From NCBI GenBank assembly GCA_043811375.1, contig JBDRNJ010000029.1, positions 1 through 20,896 on the forward strand: DNA of 20,896 nucleotides, written 5' to 3'. Position numbers and translations under genes: made by a program. This stretch comes from a bacterium. GTDB taxonomy: Bacteria > Zixibacteria > MSB-5A5 > GN15 > FEB-12. Below, in pieces: positions 8,688 to 16,865 of the stretch (the stretch's first letter is position 1; the number at the start of each line of letters is the position of its first letter). The notes beneath the pieces were generated by a model, which worked only from the letters and a program-made list of their open reading frames with translations, ran no database searches and was not told where the DNA came from.

Positions 8688-9404
8688 ATGCGAAGAGCAG
8701 CCAAGGTTATCCCAGCGGTTGTACTCACAGCCGCTATGAGTGTGGGGTGTGCAGCGGGGTACTTGGGAATGCACGTGTACGGTCATTGGGATGCCGAGTT
8801 GGACTATGGCAAGTACAAGCGCTTTGCAACAGTTCTGCCCGAGTCGGAAACCCCGTTAGTCTACAAGCAGATTTTGCACTTGGTTGAATTGCAGCTGACG
8901 GCCAATGGTTATGTGCTGGATGAGGGGAACCCTGACTTTCTGATCATACCGCAGTATTTCGTGGGTTCCTATGAGGTGTACAAACCACCAGTGACTATTC
9001 CTTTACCCGTGTATAAGCCGGGGCAGAGAACCAGGACTCATGGGTGGATTGGTACTCAAATGGTCACCGTCACCCAAGAGACTGCTGCCACGGTCGAGTT
9101 CCAACCTGCGACAGTCCGCCGGGGCCATGTTGAAACAGAGTTCTATAAGGTCATAAACCTGTATTTTGCCGACGCAGATTATCTGTCAGAGACTGATAGC
9201 TTGCGCCTGATATGGCGCGGTGTGGTCACTGCTACCGGTGCGCTTCCCGACATAGTCAGGGATGCCCCGCCTATGTTGCAGGCACTCCTTAAGGAGTTTC
9301 CCTATCGTAGATATTACGACCTCTACAGGTATTATTTGGATCCCGGCGCTTATTATCCCGACTCTGCTGGGCAAAAAGTGGATCCGTATCCGGAAGTTGA
9401 CTGA
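8688..9404 (+). CDS. Lipoprotein, DUF4136-like
   Basis: Purine-rich RBS before ATG 8688 and a signal peptide ending in the lipobox-like SVGC. Pattern DYGKYKRFA...LTANGYV...PDFLI...LIWRG...LLKEFP. Confidence 0.72.
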   Translation: MRRAAKVIPAVVLTAAMSVGCAAGYLGMHVYGHWDAELDYGKYKRFATVLPESETPLVYKQILHLVELQLTANGYVLDEGNPDFLIIPQYFVGSYEVYKPPVTIPLPVYKPGQRTRTHGWIGTQMVTVTQETAATVEFQPATVRRGHVETEFYKVINLYFADADYLSETDSLRLIWRGVVTATGALPDIVRDAPPMLQALLKEFPYRRYYDLYRYYLDPGAYYPDSAGQKVDPYPEVD

Positions 9405-9721
9405 GGCACGGGGGCCTCGCAGCTTGCTGTGGAATAGATTATAAGGAGCGCCGATCCGCACGAGTCTGGGATCGTCATTGGTATAGCAACTTTCTGGATC
9501 ATGTTTTCTATGATTGCTGACCCGTTGCATTAGTGGTTCAAGCGTCGTTTATGGTGGTTTGAGTAGGTGTCAGGCAAGTTACGAGCTAAAGGCCGCCCGT
9601 CACCGATGGTCATGCAGTAACGACAAACGAGTAGAAAATCCCACCTATGATTCATCCACTTGACATGGACACTTGCGGATCGAATTGGGTGTGTCGGACG
9701 TTTTCGTCCTGATAGGGTAGG

Positions 9722-10789
9722 ATGCTCCTGACAATGGTGAGACACCCCAAAGTGCGCAAGATAGGAAGCGGGATGATGCTGATTTCAGCATCCTTCCTCC
9801 TATGTCTCAATCTGTACGGAAGCTTGCACACATTGCGTAACCCGACGCTGTACGAGGAGCGGAACACCCTATTCCAAAGCGACATTACATTGACGCCCGG
9901 TGAGTTATCGGATTGTTGCCGCAGGTTGGCAGACGAACCAGACAGCCTATATGTCAAACGTGTTTGCAAAACCGTTAACAAGGGTATTGCTCACTACTGG
10001 ATCCGCACCGAATCTGATCCATATCACTTGGATGTGCCCTTTTGGGAAAACTACTTGCTGGCATCCTACTTATCACTATGGCCTCCTGAAGTTGGTTATG
10101 AGTTCATAGACCCAGCGAAGGCGCTGGAGCGAGGGATTGGACTGTGCTCCCAGCACGTAATGGCGGCGGTGGGGATTTTGACGGCTAACGACATTGCCGC
10201 CAAACCAATCCTGCTGAGCGGCCACATGGTGGCTGAGGTTCGCGGAGATGACGGTTCATGGTACGTCATAGATCCAGACTTCGATGTCGTGATGCCAACT
10301 GATCTGCAGTCCATCCAAGGAAACGTCGCAGCTGTAATACCATACTATGAGTCAGCGAGACTGAATCCAGACAGCGCGAAACCAGCCGCCAAGGCAGCTC
10401 GACTCGCGGACGTCTTCGGAAGTGAGGGAAACGTAATCTACGAGTCAGTGGCAGATTGCTGGGGCGAAGAGGCTGTTCTGCTTGAACAGGTATGCTACTT
10501 CCTGAAGTGGTCGATTCCAGCCGGTATCTATGTCGTCTTAGCGATTGCAGCGATAAGGTCAAAAGGTCGGAACTCGATTCATCGTCGACGCCCCAGTCCA
10601 CCCATGCCCTGCCGCAGCAGCGACAGTGACATACAACGGAGCCTGTCAGTGCGGCCAAGGACACCTATCAAGATAGTCACTGTGGAGCGGCAAGGAGTAG
10701 AGCACGTCTCCCCACTTGCTTACACCCAACTCAATCACGAAGCCGAGCGTGAAGTTCAATGGGGACGATCCCGATTCGCCGGAGATTAG
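9722..10789 (+). CDS. Membrane-anchored transglutaminase-like (Cys-His-Asp) protein
   Basis: Triad motifs GLCSQH, SGHMVAEV and WYVIDPD. One N-terminal and one C-terminal hydrophobic helix. Exact start uncertain. Confidence 0.75.
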   Translation: MLLTMVRHPKVRKIGSGMMLISASFLLCLNLYGSLHTLRNPTLYEERNTLFQSDITLTPGELSDCCRRLADEPDSLYVKRVCKTVNKGIAHYWIRTESDPYHLDVPFWENYLLASYLSLWPPEVGYEFIDPAKALERGIGLCSQHVMAAVGILTANDIAAKPILLSGHMVAEVRGDDGSWYVIDPDFDVVMPTDLQSIQGNVAAVIPYYESARLNPDSAKPAAKAARLADVFGSEGNVIYESVADCWGEEAVLLEQVCYFLKWSIPAGIYVVLAIAAIRSKGRNSIHRRRPSPPMPCRSSDSDIQRSLSVRPRTPIKIVTVERQGVEHVSPLAYTQLNHEAEREVQWGRSRFAGD

Positions 10790-10790
10790 C

Positions 10791-11618
10791 CTACTGAATG
10801 AGTACGTCCACTTTTGACTGCCTGGCAATGACGAACCTGGTTTTAGTGTCTCTCTTGTAACAGGGAAATACTCGGAACCCGGATCGTTCATACCATCTGG
10901 CGGCCTTGAATTGCTCATCGAAAGGTGACCGAAGAACTAGATTGTGCGGCCCCTCCCTGAACATCGCCGGGGCCAAGGCTGTATCGTTGATGGCATTCTT
11001 CTGTAGAAACACGCACTCTATCTTGGCTGAGTCGATCCAGATCGGTTCTTGATTCATGGTAAGAAAACTGAAATACGGGTGACCTTGCAGTAGATTCAGA
11101 TTCTGCAGATAACCCCTAACTCTACGACCACCTCGAAAGCAGACAGTGGCTTCGATGGCCTTGAGAGATGCTTCCAATCGATCCCTTTCGCCTTTAACAA
11201 AGTGGTGGCCCAAGGAGGCCAGAGCAATGCCAACCGCGACTAAAGAAAAGACAACGGCGACAAACGCGAAGTACGTAACAAGGCGCACATTGTCACCCGG
11301 CACGGTTTCCGGAGCTGTCGGATAGCAGCACCATGCTAGGGTGAATGCCACTGCCGCAGCGTTGAGCCATCCCCCCAACCGTGCGAACTCGTGATGCTTG
11401 TCCAATTGTCTCAGCCTCTCGACCCTCTTTTCCCTTGTCTGGTATCCTGTCAGCCTCCGCAGCGTGGAATGCCTAAACTGGACCAGAGTGAAGAAACCGA
11501 TCCCGCTTGCGATCGTCAGGGCTAACACTTCCATGGGAAATTGCATCAGCGGTAATGTGTACACGCTGTTGGCAATGGCGTTGCTGCCTGACTTTAGAAG
11601 AAGGATCAGATCCGTCAT
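10791..11618 (-). CDS. Hypothetical 3-TM membrane protein with soluble C-terminal beta-rich domain (DUF6982-like by eye)
   Basis: 275 aa with three hydrophobic segments. C-terminal pattern VCFRGGRRVRGY...IECVFL...GFRVFP...TRFVI. Confidence 0.6.
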   Translation of the reverse strand: MTDLILLLKSGSNAIANSVYTLPLMQFPMEVLALTIASGIGFFTLVQFRHSTLRRLTGYQTREKRVERLRQLDKHHEFARLGGWLNAAAVAFTLAWCCYPTAPETVPGDNVRLVTYFAFVAVVFSLVAVGIALASLGHHFVKGERDRLEASLKAIEATVCFRGGRRVRGYLQNLNLLQGHPYFSFLTMNQEPIWIDSAKIECVFLQKNAINDTALAPAMFREGPHNLVLRSPFDEQFKAARWYERSGFRVFPCYKRDTKTRFVIARQSKVDVLIQ

Positions 11619-11623
11619 TGCAG

Positions 11624-12181
11624 TTATCTTTCGGGTCCTGCGGCGGCCGGTTCCAGCACCTCGTGCTCAGCTGCTTCGGTACGTTGGCTGATTGGATCAC
11701 GGCGTTTCTGGTCGGGAGGTTCGCCTTTGTTCAGGGCTACGAGATCGAGCAGTTCGGGGGAATCAGCCTGAGGCAGTATCTGGTCCAGGTCGAAATTGAG
11801 CAGGGGACTCTCAGCGATTCTCGGTGACTCAAAATTGGCATGCTCCAGGCCCTCCAGATCGTCGTGCACAATCCGCGCAAAGGCCATCATCATCTTGGTC
11901 TTGGAGGCACCGTATTTCTCTGTTTCAACCCCATACCCGGGGGCCTGCTCACCAGTCCTGGCCTTAGTTTGCTCGGCATCTCTCGTCTCAGCAAGTGGGA
12001 CAGGACTTATGGAATCCGCGACCAGCTCAGCAGATTGTGACGGGATATCCGGTGCCGGTTCGCTTTCGGCGGGGCGAAGCAGCCTTTTGAGGGACCTTTT
12101 CATTTGCACCCCCAGCATAATCAGCCTGCCAAGGGCTACCAGGAATATCAGGCTACCAAATATGATCGCCGCTTCAAACAA
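11624..12181 (-). CDS. Hypothetical single-pass membrane protein
   Basis: 185 aa. GGGAG RBS before TTG, N-terminal TM helix and an acidic/Pro-rich remainder. Ends 5 nt before the next gene's ATG. Confidence 0.6.
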   Translation of the reverse strand: MFEAAIIFGSLIFLVALGRLIMLGVQMKRSLKRLLRPAESEPAPDIPSQSAELVADSISPVPLAETRDAEQTKARTGEQAPGYGVETEKYGASKTKMMMAFARIVHDDLEGLEHANFESPRIAESPLLNFDLDQILPQADSPELLDLVALNKGEPPDQKRRDPISQRTEAAEHEVLEPAAAGPER

Positions 12182-12474
12182 CTCGGACTCCCATTCGAAA
12201 TGGACACCATGACCTTCCCATGGGCAAGAGGGTCGGCCTGCAATTCGTTGTGGAGTATATCGGCAATGTTTTCACTCAGGTTTAGGGCTGAAGATGCACT
12301 TCGGACCGCACGACGCGCCGTCCGATATAAGGGCACACGCTTGCCACGCGGACGCCGCACTGGGATTCGGTAACCGTGCGATGCCACAGATTGTGGTTGC
12401 AACCTGCCGCATATGCCCATAGCGTTCTACAGAAATGAGATTGGAGATTATCGAAGACTTGGGAGGTTCGTACA

Positions 12475-12933
12475 ATGGAGACAATTCAATCGCAACAGCA
12501 GGGTCCGTTGGCAGCTGACTATGTGCGAATGTACTACGAGCACCAGTTCGAACGGATGGGCAGACTAGAGGACCAGAGCCTGATGGTCAGCAATATCGTC
12601 ATCACCATCACTATCCTGGCGTTCAGTCTGGCCTTTGGAAAGGCAACTGAGTTATCGCCCATGACGGGGCTGGGACTGCCGGGGCTGATGATATGCTCTA
12701 ACCTTTTCGCTATCAGTTACATCAACCGGGCGGCAAAATGGTGCCGGTTGCACCAGAGGCGGGCAAAAAGAACATTAGAGTCTTATGCACAGCCGCTGCA
12801 AGAAATCAATCAGAGCGGAGAATGGATTCGCTCGGGCTTGTTGGGAAGCAGGAAGACCATTCAGAGACTGCTGCACGTGATTCTGGCAGTAGTCTCTGTG
12901 CTCCCGGTCGCGAGCTATTTCAATGCATTCTAA
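12475..12933 (+). CDS. Hypothetical 3-TM membrane protein
   Basis: GGAGG RBS; 152 aa. Layout is amphipathic helix, TM hairpin, basic helix, C-terminal TM. Confidence 0.75.
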   Translation: METIQSQQQGPLAADYVRMYYEHQFERMGRLEDQSLMVSNIVITITILAFSLAFGKATELSPMTGLGLPGLMICSNLFAISYINRAAKWCRLHQRRAKRTLESYAQPLQEINQSGEWIRSGLLGSRKTIQRLLHVILAVVSVLPVASYFNAF

Positions 12934-13214
12934 TGCCGCTAGCTGACTCGCTCTGCTTGCACCGGTTCTACGAAAGTGTCGGCGTGAGAAGAACGCGAGT
13001 AGTTGGCCCATGATAGAGAGAACCAGACCCGGCATTGCCCCTACCCTGCTGTGCCCGGCACTTACCTCGGAATTTCCCCGGGGTATGTATATACATCCCT
13101 CTAATTCCCAGCAACTTACAACGATTCTCGAGCGGTTTCAACGGCGCCTATTAGGCTGAGCGGCGCCCTGAACTCACTACGAACTCAAAATCTACCGCTA
13201 CTTCCATAATGTTA

Positions 13215-13235
13215 CAAATCCCTGCACCGCTACCA
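13215..13235 (+). other. Duplicated tRNA 3' end (att-like site, probable island right boundary)
   Basis: CAAAT-CCCTG-CACCGCT-A-CCA reads as T-loop end, T-stem 3' strand, acceptor 3' strand, discriminator and CCA. Upstream sequence has no tRNA 5' half. Confidence 0.75.
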
Positions 13236-13519
13236 TTTCATTACCCCATCTCGACGAGGACTTTGAGGACCGTCATCCTCTCCAATACGGTCTTCTGACG
13301 AATGTGTCTCTGAGGAGGCGCGCACGCGTCGCAGACGTCGCCCAGTCGGGCGCCACAACTGGGACACGACTCCGCGCACGCCATTCATAATTGCCCAACG
13401 GGCACTCTCTCAATGTCCAAGTTCAGCAGCAGCATCGTGCTGGCTGGCCGGCATTAGACAGGGGCCGGACAGTAGAGGCAGTCGGGACGGCCAACGCTAT
13501 CACTGGGACCGGCGCTCGC

Positions 13520-14206
13520 CTATTCGGTGGGTGAAGTCTCCGATTGGTCGGTGGAGTCTACGGTAACCACCCGGGCCAGCCCGAGTAGCTGCGGATCTAT
13601 CTCAAGGCGGGCATCGTTGGCCACGTCAATGTTGATCGCAAAGCGGACGCTGTTGTCTTCGATGTAGAATTCGATGGTACCACCCTGATCGGCGAAGCCT
13701 TCGAGTTCGCTGACGGTGACGATAGGCAATCCCCTGGTGCTTTCCAGTACTCGCTCGATATTGTCCGATTCAGTAGCGCAGACAAACAGAAGCTGACATG
13801 ACAGGTGGCCGCTGGAACGTCTCAGGGCAATTTGACGACCTTTCATGGTTTTATCTTTGACCGCCCGCTCAAGGGCTTGGCCAAACGGATCCCGACCCAG
13901 GATGCCGATACAAAAGGGTTCGTCGTCACTGCCAAACGCATCCTCCGGCCAGTCAATCAGTTTGGCGAAGTTGTAAAGGCATGCGGCTTTGATTTCGTAT
14001 TCGGTCGGACCTGCTGTTTGAGTCCACGCCACGGCGGCCAAGCCCGAGACCAAGGCCAGACCGATCACCGCGTACCAAAGGTAGGACCGCCCTCCGTGAC
14101 AAGGCGTTCTCATGGTGCAATGGGACCGGGGTAAGCTGCCTCGGTTTCCAGCCCTAAGAGCTTCTGTATTTTGCGTCCAGCGATTCATAGGGACATCGGT
14201 CTGCAT
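13520..14206 (-). CDS. YfiR (DUF4154) family periplasmic protein
   Basis: EYEIKAACLYNFAKLIDWP, CIGILGRDPFG and VRFAINIDVA...LEIDPQLLGLARVV. The true start may be ATG 14113, nearer the signal peptide. Confidence 0.9.
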   Translation of the reverse strand: MQTDVPMNRWTQNTEALRAGNRGSLPRSHCTMRTPCHGGRSYLWYAVIGLALVSGLAAVAWTQTAGPTEYEIKAACLYNFAKLIDWPEDAFGSDDEPFCIGILGRDPFGQALERAVKDKTMKGRQIALRRSSGHLSCQLLFVCATESDNIERVLESTRGLPIVTVSELEGFADQGGTIEFYIEDNSVRFAINIDVANDARLEIDPQLLGLARVVTVDSTDQSETSPTE

Positions 14207-14229
14207 ATCGAGTCGCCGATGGGCGGCGC

Positions 14230-16398
14230 CTATAGACGGTAGCTGACCTCCACAAAAGCCGATCTCTGGGGACCGCCCGGGATATACGGAATGTTTCTTC
14301 GTATATACTCCGGGTACACATAGTCCTGGTTGAGAATGTTCTTAACAATCAAGGAAAACTCCAGCGGACCGGAAGGTCTCAAAGCGATCCGGGCATTCAC
14401 CAGAGTGTAGTGGTCGAGAGTGTAGTCGGTTCCCCCTGAAGCGGCCGTTGCCCAGGTTTGCCACGATGAAGAGGCGCCGTAGTTACCCTTTCGTGAAGAC
14501 ACGTACTGGGCGGTAAGGGCCAGACCAAGCTGTTTCAGCGGCGAAAAGTGCGCCGCCAGATTGGCTGTGTAAGGGGCAAAGTACTGCAAATCGTTGCCGT
14601 CCGAATCTTCGCCGGTTTTGTAGGCAAAGTTCCCCTGTATCGACAGTCCCGGCCTGGGTATGCCGCTGAACGAAAGTTCGATACCCCGGTGCACGCAACC
14701 ATCAGCGTTGAAATAGACATAGCCATTGGTCCATTCCATATCATCAGAACCATATCCATACTCGCCGTTGAGCCCTGACAGTTCGCCCGTGGTCAAGGCC
14801 CGCCGTTCGATGAGATTGGCGGTAGTTGCATAAAAGCCGTTGGCTCGCAGGGATATTGCCGAGGTATTAAAATCTATCCCTACGTCCAGGGTACGGATTT
14901 TCTCCGGCTCGAGGTCGGTGTCACCGGCCAGCACATTCACCGTCCGCACGAACTTTTCGAAGAAACTCGGGTTTCTGAAGCCGCTGCCCAGGATACACTT
15001 TATGGCCAATCTGTCGCTGGCCCGGTAAACGGCGCCAAGGCTGGGGACCAGGACAGCACCCGCCTGCCGGTTGGCGTTGAGCCGTCCGCCGGCCTGAAAA
15101 TAGAGCTTGTCAAATGGGTTAACCGAAATCTGCACGAACGACCAGAGATCATTGGTGCTCTGCGACTGGGGAAAGGCGTTGGCTGCAACATTCTGAACCG
15201 GTCGCCCGTCTCCTGTCACTGAATCCACAAAAAGAAACAAATAGGGATCGGAGTGGGAATACTCGGTCCCGAGGCCACAAAGGAAACCAATCTTGCCCGA
15301 CAGGGCATACGAAACGTGAGTCTGAAATCCGCCCTTGGTTCCGCCGTATTGCTGGGTATGCGGGACACCCGCGACCCATGAGGAAGGCGGGTAGGAATCA
15401 ACCCTCTCACTCTTGTCGACGACATCAAACCAGGCGATGGTCCCCAGCTCAATCCTTTCTTTGTCAAACGGCTGGCGGTGTCTGACGTTGACACTGCCGC
15501 CACGAATGGACCTTTCTCCGGTGGACACCCTGGCAGGGATTATGCCGAATTTGTCTTTGTTGCTTTCAAACAACAGGGCGTTGACTTCAAAGTTGCGATA
15601 GCCGATGGCCGTAAAGAAAGTGGCGTAGTCGTTTTCGTAGGCCTGGCGGTCGTCGGCATAGAGGCCCAACGTTCTTTCCCCGGTTTCTTCCAGGGTCAGA
15701 GACCCCGTGCCGGGGGCGATGTCGTCCTCATCCCAGATGATGCGCTTGTTGTAGCCATCACTATTGACATACTCGCCGCTGATGAACAGGTCAATCTCCT
15801 CGGCATTGCTGCCCAGGGCCAGGCTGGCTTTTCTGGTGACGAAACTGCCACCCTTCAGGTGAGCCGTGGCGCCGGCGGCCGATTTGCCGTCTTTGGTGAG
15901 AATGTTGATAACCCCGGCGAAGGCATTGGTCCCGTAGAGAACACCCCCCGGTCCGCGGATGACCTCCACCTGTTTGATCGCCGACAGGGGCACCTGCTCC
16001 AGATAGTACGAAGAGACGATAGCATCATACAGAGGCTGACCGTTCACCAACAGGCTCGATTTGTTGTTGTAGTGAGTCTGCAGGATGCCGCGGAACTGAA
16101 CGTCTGTATACCCAAAGTACGTCTCCATCACTTCCACGCCCGGCAAGAAGCTCAAAAACTCATACAAGTTGTCGGCCCCCAGGTCCCTGATCTGCTCCTC
16201 GGTATAGACGTCGATAATGGCACATGCCTCGCTTACCGTCTGGCTGACGGTCGATGCCGTAATGACATGGATGCCGATGAGCTCCTCCAGATTCATCTCG
16301 TAAAACGGCTTGTGCGATGTGTCCTCACCCCTAACATCCGCTCCGGACGACAACAAAAATCCAGCCACTAACAATAATGACCCAAGCTTGCATTTCAT
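14230..16398 (-). CDS. TonB-dependent receptor
   Basis: 722 aa. Signal peptide, EMNLEELIGIHVITAS N-terminus, plug motif IKQVEVIRGPGGVLYGTNAFAGVINILTK, GFRNPSFFE, DLEPEK and a C-terminal beta-strand VEVSYRL. Confidence 0.95.
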   Translation of the reverse strand: MKCKLGSLLLVAGFLLSSGADVRGEDTSHKPFYEMNLEELIGIHVITASTVSQTVSEACAIIDVYTEEQIRDLGADNLYEFLSFLPGVEVMETYFGYTDVQFRGILQTHYNNKSSLLVNGQPLYDAIVSSYYLEQVPLSAIKQVEVIRGPGGVLYGTNAFAGVINILTKDGKSAAGATAHLKGGSFVTRKASLALGSNAEEIDLFISGEYVNSDGYNKRIIWDEDDIAPGTGSLTLEETGERTLGLYADDRQAYENDYATFFTAIGYRNFEVNALLFESNKDKFGIIPARVSTGERSIRGGSVNVRHRQPFDKERIELGTIAWFDVVDKSERVDSYPPSSWVAGVPHTQQYGGTKGGFQTHVSYALSGKIGFLCGLGTEYSHSDPYLFLFVDSVTGDGRPVQNVAANAFPQSQSTNDLWSFVQISVNPFDKLYFQAGGRLNANRQAGAVLVPSLGAVYRASDRLAIKCILGSGFRNPSFFEKFVRTVNVLAGDTDLEPEKIRTLDVGIDFNTSAISLRANGFYATTANLIERRALTTGELSGLNGEYGYGSDDMEWTNGYVYFNADGCVHRGIELSFSGIPRPGLSIQGNFAYKTGEDSDGNDLQYFAPYTANLAAHFSPLKQLGLALTAQYVSSRKGNYGASSSWQTWATAASGGTDYTLDHYTLVNARIALRPSGPLEFSLIVKNILNQDYVYPEYIRRNIPYIPGGPQRSAFVEVSYRL

Positions 16399-16776
16399 TG
16401 TCCTGGCTCCCTGGTTAATCAGAATCTACCGGAGGATCAACGCCAACGTTGGTGCAGTGTGATTAGAAGAGACCTGGCGGCCACACATTCTTAGGGTAGC
16501 CTGGCCGCGCAATTGTCTCGGCGCATCCTCCACATTTAGATGCTACAATTTTAATTCGGCCGATTTGGCCGAATCTTGCGGGCTGTGGGATGCACCGTGG
16601 CAGGAAATTGGGCCACTCTGAGCAAAATGTGAACAGGGACGGGGTAATTGAGTGCCCGCGGATCCGTATGAACGCCGTTACCGCCCCACCTTACAACAGC
16701 TTACTAAGTCGACCCAGAGAGCCCAAGACGATCCTCGAAACTCTACACTCGAATACCCGGATACCTCATATCAATG

Positions 16777-16806
16777 AAAAACCGGGATCGCAACAGCGAT
16801 CCCGGT
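16777..16806 (-). terminator. Rho-independent terminator of the IPTL-CTERM-like gene
   Basis: Perfect 11-bp stem ACCGGGATCGC (16781-16791) / GCGATCCCGGT (16796-16806) with a 4-nt loop, followed by a T-tract on the minus strand. Confidence 0.8.
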
Positions 16807-16865
16807 CGGATTATCAGCAGTTCTTCTTGATACTCAGTACAGCGATACTAAAACCAATAATACGT

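Noticed and set aside
12148..12420. 90-aa minus-strand ORF upstream of the membrane gene pair
   Set aside because: No recognisable motif or RBS, and it overlaps the next gene's start, so it cannot be supported.
8301..12933. Integron cassette array
   Set aside because: Genes are in mixed orientation, no repeated attC-like elements were seen between them, and no integron integrase is present.
15478..16371. 297-aa plus-strand ORF
   Set aside because: Antisense shadow of the TonB-dependent receptor.
16554..16574. Inverted repeat ATTCGGCC-N5-GGCCGAAT upstream of the TBDR as an operator or riboswitch part
   Set aside because: The palindrome is real, but it matches no Fur box or cobalamin/TPP riboswitch motif I recognise, so no function can be assigned.
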